DNA of 54,840 nucleotides, from NCBI GenBank assembly GCA_024695605.1, contig JAILHW010000151.1, forward strand, positions 1-54,840. Reading direction: 5' to 3'. Below are positions 29,505-38,564 of the stretch, piece after piece. The notes beneath the pieces are model-generated. The model did not search any database. It was not told the origin of the DNA and worked only from the letters and a program-made list of their open reading frames with translations. The translations under genes and the position numbers were made by a program. Every line of letters starts with the position of its first letter. Within the stretch, counting starts at the first letter, position 1. This DNA is from Lachnospiraceae bacterium. Its GTDB lineage: Bacteria > Bacillota > Clostridia > Lachnospirales > Lachnospiraceae.

Positions 29505-32500
29505 ATGAAAGAATACAAGTTCCTGGAAATTGAAAACCTGCAACTCCCCGAAAGCAGACGTGTACAAAGAAGCCGAATGCGTAGCATCCTGGATGCAATC
29601 GCATGCATGGTTTCGGAGTACGCCGTAGGCTGTCTTGGATTTGATGCTTCGGATGAAACATTATATCCCTTCATCCGCAAATACTTCATGGGTGAATGCG
29701 AAACCAAGGAACTTCTCAAGCGTCTTATTTCCAACTTTGAGATCGAGGAAATGTTCTCTTTTCTCCCGGGACTTGAGATTTCCTTCGATGATCCCTGCTG
29801 GAAGGATGCCCTGGAAAAAATCACGGTTCGTTCAGACGCTGAAAACACCTTTTCTATGGGTGAAAAACAGTTCTCCTGCAAAAAACTCTTTTTCCATATT
29901 GCGGTATTTGAAGGCAAGCCTCGAGCTCAACGTTATTTCGCAGAGCCCGGCACCGATGAGCCCGTGTTTGCAGATCTTGAAGATGACAGTATCACCACGG
30001 TGATCAACCGACCTTATCGATTCACTGATCTTTCCGTCTCCCCAAAAGAGGATGAAACCTTTCAGATCGAGGATGAAGCCTTTTTTGACATTGAAGAGAT
30101 CAAATCCTCCGATGAGGACCAGAGAAAAGCGATCCGTGCTTCTGTTGAACATAATCTCGTTGTTTTGGCCGGCGCAGGAAGCGGCAAAACCAGAACCCTG
30201 GTTTCCCGTCTTGCATACCTTCACCTGGTCAGAGGCATTCCTTTGTCAAAGATCGTGCTTCTGACTTTTACGACCTCCGCAGCTGAAGAGATGCGCCAGC
30301 GCGCAGAGCATCTGATTGCACAGATCTATCAGCTTAAGGGTGTTCAGCGCCAGCCCTATGTATATGCCAAAACCTTTGACGCCTTTTTCCGCAGGATTCT
30401 GCTTGACTATTTCGGCGAAATCGGATTCACCACACAGCCTGTTTTGGATCTTACAGCAAGCCGGGATAAAAAATGTTCTCTGCTAAAGGATGTCATTGAA
30501 GAATATCAGCTCCAAAGAGTTTTTTCCAATTACAGAACTGACGCTCAGGGCCTTGACACCCTGCTCACTCAGCTGGAGGCTTATGCAAGCGGCCTCACTG
30601 TTAACCAGCCGGGTCTTAATCGGCTTTTGGAACTGTTTCTAGATAAGCAGGTCAGCAAAAATCAAGTGCTGGGCTTTCAATATGTGAATCTTCTGGTCAA
30701 ACGGTCCCTCTATCAGGAGGACTCTCCCTTAAAGGCTGCACTGCTGATCCGCTATAACTGTTTTCTCATAGACGAGTTCCAGGACATCAGCAGTCTCCAA
30801 AACGAAACCATGCGTCCATTTTACAACACAAGTACGCATTTTACCTTCGTGGGAGATGACGATCAGTCTATTTATGCCTGGCGAGGCGCAGATGTTTCCA
30901 TCATCCGGGACATCGTCAATCAGGAAAACACCGATACGCAATATCTCCTGATCAACTACCGAAACAATCCGAACATCGTAAAGGCCGGAAACTGCATTTT
31001 ACGTCTGATCTCAAACCGAGCAAAGCATAAGGAGATCATTCCCTATAAGACCTCCGGCGCAAAGATCTGTGTCTCCACCAACGATCCGAAGTTTGTCAAT
31101 GTTGTTGATGAGATTGACAGACTGATCAAAAGCGGCATCGATCCAAAAGAGATCTCTGTACTTGCACGCAAAAGCAGGCAGGCAAAAGGAATCGAGGATG
31201 CTCTGCGGTCCATCGGCATTCCGGTAATCTCTAAAAAAGAGCCTCCAAAGCTGGATAGTTATTATTATCTCTTAAAAACTATGATCAACATCCATAGCGA
31301 ATATGATCTATATCATTCCTGCCAGTTGATCATGCGCTTTGCAAAGGAATCGGACTTTCCGGAAAAAACCATCAAGAAAATCATCAAAGGGGAGGAGCCT
31401 GCAAAAGGTAACCTCAATGTTTTGCAAAACATTGCAATGGATGCTTTTCGCCCCGGTGCTGACCAACTCTCTGTGATCGTCGAACGATTCGCGCAAAAAG
31501 CCGGAGAAGAATTCGCAGGATTGCCAAACGGCCGTATCGAGAGTGATGCCATTGATGCATTCATTGACTTTTTGAAAGACGGCGAGCTCCCCTGGCCCAT
31601 TACTCAAAAACGACTGGCCTCTGCCTATGCTGCTTTTGAGAATGTCAGAGACTTTAAAAATATGACCCGGAAAACAGAAAACGGCGTCAGTGTGAATACG
31701 ATCCATCAGGCCAAGGGACTCGAATACAATATTGTCATGATCGTAGGATTGGATCAGGGAGAATACCCGGATATCGGTATCATAGACAATGAATACAATA
31801 AAAAGATCCAGGAGCTGGAAAGCCTAAAGGCTGCCAGAGCAGAGTATTTTGAACTGAAAAAGACCATCACGGATGAGCAGATACAAACCCTTCTTAAGGA
31901 CTGCAATCATCCCTCCCTTTCGCCGGAAGAAACGGAAAGCCTTTCTCCTCTCAGATCAGTGATCGAAAAGAATCTGCGGGGATTGAAAAACCTGTCTGCA
32001 AATGCCATCGAGGATTATCTCGACGAATTTGACAACTGCATTGCTCCACTGGACAGGCGGTACCGCTTCGATCAGTCAAAGCTTACGCGGAAAATACTGG
32101 AACTGGAATCGCTTTTGGCTCAGAGAAATGAAGAGATTAAACTTTTAGATGAGGAAGAAACCGTAGCAGCTGAGGAAATGAAGTCAGAGATCCTACAGCT
32201 TGGCGAACAAATAAAGGAGGCTAAAACAACCCTCACCACCTTGCAACATCAGCATTCCCTGTTCAGATCATCCATCAGGAATCTGCAGAGTTTCCATACA
32301 AACGCATTTATTGCCGGAGGGCTTTTAACAGATATGAGCCGTGCGGAAGAGATTGGTGCCATCAAAAAACAACTGGAACAGGAACGAAAAGTAAAAATTG
32401 AAGAAGAACGGCGTACCTTCTACGTAGCTGTTACAAGGGCCCGGGATCAGCTTTATTTGTTCACCGATGAAGGCGCAACCGAATCCGAATTTGTTAAGGA

Positions 32501-33266
32501 AATCTCCGATGATCTGAAGACGGAGTTCCTTGTTATGACTAAAAATGCAAGAGCCGAACTCGAACGCATGGCAGGTGGACTCCGCAAAGAATTTGAAAAA
32601 GAGACCATCGATGATGACAGCATCGATGGCAAGATTCACAGTATCATAGACGATTCACAGTTTAAAGTAACCATCGATGAGCGTTTCAACGAATACCTGA
32701 AACAACATCCTGAATACGCTTCACTTCCGGCACCGGCGATGCGGTATTTCAAGCAGGGAATGAACCTTCTTTTTGTTGGTGAAATGACCGGAATGCTCTT
32801 TGTTACGGAATTTTCCCATAATATGCAGAGGGCCGCGGAACAGATCTTAAAAAGTGCGGCCGGAAAAAACGCCATCCCTTTTGAAACAAAAGATCGCCAG
32901 ATGCAAAAACTGATCATCGATAAGATCCGGAAGGAAACCCGGTCTCTGAATGCACAGACACCATCGCGGCACTTTATTGAAGAGATCATCTCCTCAGAAG
33001 CCGAAGGTTCTCGGATGGATTCTTTGAAAAAAGCAGCAATTCAGCATTATATCGTGCGTTCTCATCTATTCAAGGTCAAGAAGGAAATCTATCCAACCTG
33101 GGCCTGCCAGCGAATTAACATTCAGCCGAAACAGTTTTTAAAGGCGGCACTGGATCTGTCCAATATGCGAAATGTGCTGGTGCACCAAAATGAAGATTCC
33201 TGGCCGGAGGATCCCATAACGGAAATGCTTTTAGACCTTCGTACCATTGCCGAGGCCGGCTTTTGA
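29505..33266 (+). CDS. UvrD/Rep-family SF1 helicase with an unknown N-terminal domain, a coiled-coil insertion and a HEPN-like C-terminal region
   Basis: Helicase motifs are LAGAGSGKTRTL (Walker A), LIDEFQDIS, VGDDDQSIYAWRGA, NYRNNPNIV, TIHQAKGLEYNIV and YVAVTRARDQLYLF. The C-terminal MRNVLVHQ fits Rx4-6H. Confidence 0.85.
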   Translation: MKEYKFLEIENLQLPESRRVQRSRMRSILDAIACMVSEYAVGCLGFDASDETLYPFIRKYFMGECETKELLKRLISNFEIEEMFSFLPGLEISFDDPCWKDALEKITVRSDAENTFSMGEKQFSCKKLFFHIAVFEGKPRAQRYFAEPGTDEPVFADLEDDSITTVINRPYRFTDLSVSPKEDETFQIEDEAFFDIEEIKSSDEDQRKAIRASVEHNLVVLAGAGSGKTRTLVSRLAYLHLVRGIPLSKIVLLTFTTSAAEEMRQRAEHLIAQIYQLKGVQRQPYVYAKTFDAFFRRILLDYFGEIGFTTQPVLDLTASRDKKCSLLKDVIEEYQLQRVFSNYRTDAQGLDTLLTQLEAYASGLTVNQPGLNRLLELFLDKQVSKNQVLGFQYVNLLVKRSLYQEDSPLKAALLIRYNCFLIDEFQDISSLQNETMRPFYNTSTHFTFVGDDDQSIYAWRGADVSIIRDIVNQENTDTQYLLINYRNNPNIVKAGNCILRLISNRAKHKEIIPYKTSGAKICVSTNDPKFVNVVDEIDRLIKSGIDPKEISVLARKSRQAKGIEDALRSIGIPVISKKEPPKLDSYYYLLKTMINIHSEYDLYHSCQLIMRFAKESDFPEKTIKKIIKGEEPAKGNLNVLQNIAMDAFRPGADQLSVIVERFAQKAGEEFAGLPNGRIESDAIDAFIDFLKDGELPWPITQKRLASAYAAFENVRDFKNMTRKTENGVSVNTIHQAKGLEYNIVMIVGLDQGEYPDIGIIDNEYNKKIQELESLKAARAEYFELKKTITDEQIQTLLKDCNHPSLSPEETESLSPLRSVIEKNLRGLKNLSANAIEDYLDEFDNCIAPLDRRYRFDQSKLTRKILELESLLAQRNEEIKLLDEEETVAAEEMKSEILQLGEQIKEAKTTLTTLQHQHSLFRSSIRNLQSFHTNAFIAGGLLTDMSRAEEIGAIKKQLEQERKVKIEEERRTFYVAVTRARDQLYLFTDEGATESEFVKEISDDLKTEFLVMTKNARAELERMAGGLRKEFEKETIDDDSIDGKIHSIIDDSQFKVTIDERFNEYLKQHPEYASLPAPAMRYFKQGMNLLFVGEMTGMLFVTEFSHNMQRAAEQILKSAAGKNAIPFETKDRQMQKLIIDKIRKETRSLNAQTPSRHFIEEIISSEAEGSRMDSLKKAAIQHYIVRSHLFKVKKEIYPTWACQRINIQPKQFLKAALDLSNMRNVLVHQNEDSWPEDPITEMLLDLRTIAEAGF

Positions 33267-33304
33267 AGGAAAGGCACTTTATCAAATGCTTACGGGAGCA
33301 AAGC

Positions 33305-34672
33305 TTACGCCTCACTGAAGGCTTTGTACTGCTGCTCCAGCTCCTCATCCGTGATCATGGTAACACGTCCCGCATCATACTCAGACATTACCCAGTCATA
33401 GATCCGGTGGATCAGAGCGTCGCTCTTTTGCAGCTCCGCTTCCCCGTGCTGCTTTCTGTATTCATTCACCCAGAAGGCCACTCCGGCAACACCGGAGGTA
33501 TTGGTAATGGAAACCCTGGGCGGGCGATTTAAGATGGCCCCCGTATCAAAGATGTTGTAGATCTCCGGATTTTTCATCATGCCGTCCGCATGGATTCCTG
33601 CTCTTGTCAGATTAAAGGCACTTCCCACAAAGGGCGTCATGGGCGGAATGTCGTAATTGGTTTCCCTGCTGATATAGTCTGCAATCTCCGTGATCACCTT
33701 TGTATCCATGCCATTCAGTGTACCGCGCAGGGATGCGTATTCAAATACCATAGCCTCCAGCGGAACATTGCCCGTACGCTCTCCGATCCCAAGAAGTGAG
33801 CAGTTGACGCCGCTTGCGCCGTACATCCAGGCCGTTGTGGCATTGACAACACCCTTGTAAAAATCATTGTGACCATGCCACTCGATCATCTCGGAGGGCA
33901 CATCCGCATGATGCTGCAGACCGTAGATGATCCCGGATACACTTCTGGGAAGTGCTGCTCCCGGATAAGGAACGCCATAGCCCATGGTATCGCAGGCACG
34001 GATCTTGACCGGCACGCCGCTTTCCTTGGAAAGCTCCATCAGTCTGGTTGCAAAGGGTACCACGAACCCGTAAAAATCCGCGCGGGTGATATCTTCAAAA
34101 TGACATCTGGGGCGAAGCCCTGCCTCAATACAGTCCGATACGATCCCCAGATACTTATCAAGCGCCTTCTGGCGCGTCAGTCCCATCTTATGGAAAATAT
34201 GGTAGTCCGAGCAGCTTACCAGGATCCCCGTTTCCTTGATCCCAATGGACTTTACCAGCTCAAAATCCTGTTTGGATGCGCGGATCCAGGTCGTGATCTC
34301 AGGAAACTCATAACCCAGCTCCATGCACTTTTCCAGAGCCTTCCGGTCTTTTTCCGAATAAGCAAAAAACTCCGTCTGACGGATCATTCCGTTAGGGCCG
34401 CCCAGCTTGTGCAGCAGCTTGTAGATCTGCACCATCTGCTCCGTGGTATAAGGCGTCCGGGACTGCTGCCCGTCGCGAAAGGACGTGTCGGTGATAAAAA
34501 TGTCCTCCGGCATGTTTTCGGGCACCCGTCTGTAGTTAAATGCGATCTTGGGCGTCTCCGTGTAAGGGAACATTTCCCGAAACAGCTCGGGATTGGGTGT
34601 GTCCTGAAGCTGATACATATAAGGATCCTGCTCCAGCTTGTAGGTTTTATTGCTCAGAATGATCTCGCTCAT
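33305..34672 (-). CDS. Isopropylmalate/homocitrate synthase family (HMGL-like) enzyme, probably Re-citrate synthase
   Basis: 455 aa with TDTSFRDGQQS and HGHNDFYKG motifs of the DRE-TIM aldolase family. Its size and lack of a LeuA regulatory domain resemble clostridial Re-citrate synthase. Confidence 0.6.
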   Translation of the reverse strand: MSEIILSNKTYKLEQDPYMYQLQDTPNPELFREMFPYTETPKIAFNYRRVPENMPEDIFITDTSFRDGQQSRTPYTTEQMVQIYKLLHKLGGPNGMIRQTEFFAYSEKDRKALEKCMELGYEFPEITTWIRASKQDFELVKSIGIKETGILVSCSDYHIFHKMGLTRQKALDKYLGIVSDCIEAGLRPRCHFEDITRADFYGFVVPFATRLMELSKESGVPVKIRACDTMGYGVPYPGAALPRSVSGIIYGLQHHADVPSEMIEWHGHNDFYKGVVNATTAWMYGASGVNCSLLGIGERTGNVPLEAMVFEYASLRGTLNGMDTKVITEIADYISRETNYDIPPMTPFVGSAFNLTRAGIHADGMMKNPEIYNIFDTGAILNRPPRVSITNTSGVAGVAFWVNEYRKQHGEAELQKSDALIHRIYDWVMSEYDAGRVTMITDEELEQQYKAFSEA

Positions 34673-34793
34673 GGGATTCTCCTTTTTTACAGTCCGACAG
34701 GTTCTTTACAAGTATAACCACATATTGTATTATGTGTAAAACAGATAATAATGATAGTATCTATTCGTTATTTCGATTATAAGGAGAACATAT

Positions 34794-35663
34794 ATGGATA
34801 CACAGACATTGGAAACCTTTATCGCACTTGCGGATACCAAAAGCTTTACCAAGACGGCAAACCGGCTGTTTGTGGCGCAGTCAACCGTCACCAACCGGAT
34901 CAATGAGCTCGAAAAAGAAGTAAAGCTCAAGCTGTTTTCCCGGAGTAATAAGAGCGTCAGCCTGACCAATGAGGGAGAAAAGTTCAGAGTCTATGCACAG
35001 AAGGTTCTGGATCTGACGGAGAATGCTTTGGCGGAGCTGTCCCAGGAGCACCGTTTTTCCGGACATATCAGGATCGGCAGCGCGGACTCCATTTATGAAG
35101 GCCATCTTGCGCCGCAGATCCGGGCCTATAAGGACCGGCATCCTGAAACCTCTCTGAAGATTTCCATCGGCCTTTCCAACCACCTGCTGGAGCAGCTGCA
35201 GGAGGGGCTATTGGATGTGGTGTTTGTTTACATTCCCCTTAGGAAAGCCTCCTATCAGTCCGAGCTTTACAAGCAGGATAAGCTGGTTCTTGTCACGGAT
35301 ATCGGCAATACCAGATTCCGCCGCGGGATCACGCGTGATGAGTTAGCGGAGGCAAACTATCTGATGTGTAATTTTGCTCTTCAGGATGTGGGACAATATA
35401 TCAGAAAGCTCTTTCCCAGGTTTCACCAGTTCGAGCTGGAGATCGATGACTGTATGAAGATCATGCCCTATCTGCTTGGAAAGGATCACTATACCTTCCT
35501 GCCCAAGGATATGGCAGAGCCGTATATCAAGGAGAAAAAGCTGCGCCAGATTCCGCTACTTGATTTTGATACTCCCGTGATCAACAGCTATATCGTTTAC
35601 CGGAAAACGGAAAGAGAGCGGATGTCCATGATCTGGTCCGCTCCCTCTTTGTCAAATGAATGA
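34794..35663 (+). CDS. LysR-family transcriptional regulator
   Basis: N-terminal wHTH FIALADTKSFTKTANRLFVAQSTVTNRINELE. The gene is divergent from the synthase gene. Confidence 0.9.
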   Translation: MDTQTLETFIALADTKSFTKTANRLFVAQSTVTNRINELEKEVKLKLFSRSNKSVSLTNEGEKFRVYAQKVLDLTENALAELSQEHRFSGHIRIGSADSIYEGHLAPQIRAYKDRHPETSLKISIGLSNHLLEQLQEGLLDVVFVYIPLRKASYQSELYKQDKLVLVTDIGNTRFRRGITRDELAEANYLMCNFALQDVGQYIRKLFPRFHQFELEIDDCMKIMPYLLGKDHYTFLPKDMAEPYIKEKKLRQIPLLDFDTPVINSYIVYRKTERERMSMIWSAPSLSNE

Positions 35664-35692
35664 TATTTTGTTAATTAATTTTGGCCCTATGA

Positions 35693-35731
35693 CACTCTGA
35701 AGAGTGCAAGCTCTGTCCCGGGGGGCCCATT
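35693..35731. repeat. Direct repeat copy A (about 39 bp, roughly 90 percent identical to 36785-36822)
   Basis: CACTCTGAAGAGTGCAAGCTCTGTCCCGGGGGGCCCATT aligns with CGCTCTAAAGAGTGCAAGCTCCGTCCCGGGGGGCCATTTT. Confidence 0.85.
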
Positions 35732-36602
35732 ATTCTGCTTTGCTTGAAAGCTTTATGGATACAACCTCCGGATGGTTAAAGAACCTCGGGAGAGGCGTTC
35801 TTTCCCGGGACAGCCCGCGGCTCACTTCCATGATCGCTCCGTTTTTCAACGTATATAACCCGCTGACATACTTTGCCATAAACCCCTGATCCGGAGAAAA
35901 GACACCTCGCCTGATCACGGGAAGCCCGAACTGTCCGCCATGTGCATGTCCTGTTAAGATCAGGTCAAAGGGGTATTGTTCATAATCCAAAGTCCGTTCC
36001 GGCCGATGCGAAAGAAGGATCTTAACGTGATCCTCTTTTGTTCCCAAAAAGGCACTATCCAGCTGTTCATTCCATTGCATACCTGTGCAGCCGTCCGGAT
36101 CATCCACGCCGCAAATATCCAGCGTTGTGCCTGAAACGGTGATGCTTTGACATGAGCCGGCCAGCACCGTCGCACCGCACTCTTTAACGATTTCCTTCAT
36201 CTGCTGCGCTCTGTCGCTCCAGTATTCATGATTTCCCGTCACATAATAGCAAGGGTATTTGGCAGCAAGCCTTTGCAAGGTAATCTTTGCATTTTGATCC
36301 GTAAACACATCATCAAAAATATCACCGCCCAAAAGGATCAGATCCGGCTGTTCCTTTTCGATCCGCCGGATCAGCCACTTTTGCTCTCTTCCGTAATAAC
36401 AGGAATGCAGATCCGTGATCAGTACGATCCCAACGCCATCGGATGAGACCTGTGGCAAGCGGATGGTGATCCTTTCCGTAACCGGTATCCAGGATATCGC
36501 CCATGTCACTGCAAGTAGGAGCAAAAGTCCCCAGGCTACTCTGCGGGCACCTTTTCTTCCGGTCTTTGTATGTGTTTTGTTTTCAAGCCTTTCTTTCTTC
36601 AT
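35730..36602 (-). CDS. Membrane-anchored metallophosphoesterase (calcineurin-like, YkuE-type)
   Basis: Motifs ITDLHS, GGDIFDD, VTGNHEYW and LTGHAHGGQ, plus an N-terminal TM helix. Confidence 0.85.
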   Translation of the reverse strand: MKKERLENKTHTKTGRKGARRVAWGLLLLLAVTWAISWIPVTERITIRLPQVSSDGVGIVLITDLHSCYYGREQKWLIRRIEKEQPDLILLGGDIFDDVFTDQNAKITLQRLAAKYPCYYVTGNHEYWSDRAQQMKEIVKECGATVLAGSCQSITVSGTTLDICGVDDPDGCTGMQWNEQLDSAFLGTKEDHVKILLSHRPERTLDYEQYPFDLILTGHAHGGQFGLPVIRRGVFSPDQGFMAKYVSGLYTLKNGAIMEVSRGLSRERTPLPRFFNHPEVVSIKLSSKAE

Positions 36603-36712
36603 GTGCTACTCTCGTGCTTTCTATCCTGACCAGATCAAGCGTTTTTCCTATCATCAGACATCCAATACTCTCCCCTCAATCGTCCGACTACAGGCTATAG
36701 TATATGTGATTA

Positions 36713-36760
36713 TGAGAAAAAAAGAAAGGTCCCGATGAAGCTCTTCACCAAGACCTTTTT
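36713..36760 (-). terminator. Terminator after the CPBP gene (bidirectional-looking)
   Basis: AAAGGTC-N20-GACCTTT stem flanked by an A run and a T run. Confidence 0.5.
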
Positions 36761-36784
36761 TCTTATAACCTTATGACCCAATAA

Positions 36785-36822
36785 CGCTCTAAAGAGTGCA
36801 AGCTCCGTCCCGGGGGGCCATT
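36785..36822. repeat. Direct repeat copy B (overlaps the last 11 codons and the stop of the CPBP gene)
   Basis: See copy A. In this copy it encodes ...MAPRDGACTL-stop. Confidence 0.85.
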
Positions 36823-37745
36823 TTGATGATCAGTAAAAGCAGGGCTGCCACGAGTGCTGTAGCGATCAGCATGCCGGACCACATAGAGGAGATGATTGTA
36901 TCCGCTGCCTTATCAGGGTTGATGAATCCCTGCAGGATCGCCGGATGCGCATTGCTAATGGCATGCATGAAAACCGCCGGCCAGACAGAGCCGCTCTTTT
37001 CTGTCAGAACGGTAAGCATCATGCCCACAAGGGTGCAGAAGATGCACATTTTGAGTATACCTACATAAGGGAAGCCCGGATAGTCTGTTCCGAAATTATG
37101 GCCGATGCAGGTCAGCGGTGCATGCCACAGCCCCCAGATGATCCCACCGGTGATCAGTGCTGGCACGCGGCCCATGACCGAAAAGAGCTTTGGCATCATA
37201 TACCCCCGCCATCCGCCTTCTTCCCCGAAAGCGCCAAAGGATCCGATGGTACCGCTGACAAGAGCACTTACCGGCAGCAAAAACAGAATTCTGCGGTCAA
37301 CATCCAGAATCTGATAGTAGGTCGGATCGTAGGTTTCCGGCCTTAGCAGCAGCCCGATCACGTTTCCCAGTTCCGTGTAAGCCCAGGGCAAAATGAAAGC
37401 CAGCAGATACCAGATCCATCTCCGGTCTCTAAATACGATGCCCAGCATCATGGAACCCTTCCCTGTCATGGCAAAGCCTTCCTTTGTGATCAGCCTCGTA
37501 AGGATATGGGCGATCAGCGGACACATCATACCAAGGGCCACAAGGCTCTGCTTTTCGTTGGACATATCTTCCCAGGTCTCACCGCTTCCGATGGTCAGCA
37601 AAAACCAAAGCCAGGCCAGAAAAAAGCTCAGCACCAGATAGATTGCAAGACGCTTTCCTTCTGTTTTTTTATCTATCGTCGTATCTATAGTTGTATCTTT
37701 CTTTTGATCTGCATTTTGTGTCATCATAGTATCCCTCCGGCTCAC
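36789..37745 (-). CDS. CPBP-family intramembrane glutamic endopeptidase (CAAX protease/Abi family)
   Basis: Motifs FGEEGGWRGY (EExxxR), GLWHAPL and FMHAISN; about 8 TM helices. Confidence 0.85.
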   Translation of the reverse strand: MSRRDTMMTQNADQKKDTTIDTTIDKKTEGKRLAIYLVLSFFLAWLWFLLTIGSGETWEDMSNEKQSLVALGMMCPLIAHILTRLITKEGFAMTGKGSMMLGIVFRDRRWIWYLLAFILPWAYTELGNVIGLLLRPETYDPTYYQILDVDRRILFLLPVSALVSGTIGSFGAFGEEGGWRGYMMPKLFSVMGRVPALITGGIIWGLWHAPLTCIGHNFGTDYPGFPYVGILKMCIFCTLVGMMLTVLTEKSGSVWPAVFMHAISNAHPAILQGFINPDKAADTIISSMWSGMLIATALVAALLLLIIKMAPRDGACTL

Positions 37746-37805
37746 CCATACTCCCTTGTTAACATACCCACCGGTTCATTCGTAAAGTCAAAACTGCCTC
37801 TGTCT

Positions 37806-38564
37806 TTACTCATGATAGAATCTCACGGCAATCCTGTAAGACAGATAGTACAGTCCCAGCGTAACCGGCGGCGTCAGCAGAGAAACCAAAAACACTTCAA
37901 ACGTATGCGTATTCATCCAGGTCTTTATGATACCGAAATCAAAACGCGAAAAGACATTTAAATCTCCGAACAGAAGATAGGCGATCGCGCTAAGCCCGAT
38001 GCATAATGCCACGCCATCCTTGATGACCTTTGCGATGTCTCTCCCCAGCACTAAAAACAGTGGCAGTTCAATCGACAGGATCACCATGACAGTTCCCAGA
38101 AACGGTAGTGCAATACCGGAAAACAAATAGGAAAAATCCAATACAAGACCTTCCTCCATAAATCCACATGCTACGATATGCCAGATTTCATAAAGAGAGA
38201 AAAATACATACAGCAAAATCCCGCAAAAGACATACTTCGATGCCACAAACGTTTTTTTCGAGATCGGCAGGGCTGACAGATAATGCCCGGTTTGATTCTT
38301 TGCATCGCACTGCAGGATCTTCGCGGAAAACGTAAGACTGAACAATCCGCCAAGCCAGAGCAGCATCACTTCCCCTTGCCATAAAAGCATATCGATAAAG
38401 GTAAACACATCTCCGTCATCGTTGACTACCCGCAGATTCGGATATGCCGCTGTATTCGAAAACAGAAACCGCAGCAATACAAATATGCCCGTCAGGATAG
38501 CAAAGGTCGTCACCAGTCGTTTCCCCTTGATCGCAATAAAATCTTTATACAACAGTCCACCCAT
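37806..38564 (-). CDS. ABC-2 type transporter permease
   Basis: 252 aa and 6 TM. The N-terminus MGGLLYKDFIAIKGKR is typical of ABC-2 permeases, and the gene adjoins the ATPase operon. Confidence 0.7.
   Translation of the reverse strand: MGGLLYKDFIAIKGKRLVTTFAILTGIFVLLRFLFSNTAAYPNLRVVNDDGDVFTFIDMLLWQGEVMLLWLGGLFSLTFSAKILQCDAKNQTGHYLSALPISKKTFVASKYVFCGILLYVFFSLYEIWHIVACGFMEEGLVLDFSYLFSGIALPFLGTVMVILSIELPLFLVLGRDIAKVIKDGVALCIGLSAIAYLLFGDLNVFSRFDFGIIKTWMNTHTFEVFLVSLLTPPVTLGLYYLSYRIAVRFYHE

Noticed and set aside
29375-29917. 180-aa minus-strand ORF spanning the lanM-helicase junction
   Set aside because: It is antisense to two well-supported genes, and its Ser/Arg-rich translation is typical of shadow frames.
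26281-33304. Search for lanT, lanP, lanFEG, lanI, lanRK or a second precursor gene inside the LanM block
   Set aside because: I saw none in the tracked ORFs or in the short intergenic regions I read (18, 54 and 38 nt, plus the promoter region). The absence is reported as part of the finding rather than as a feature.
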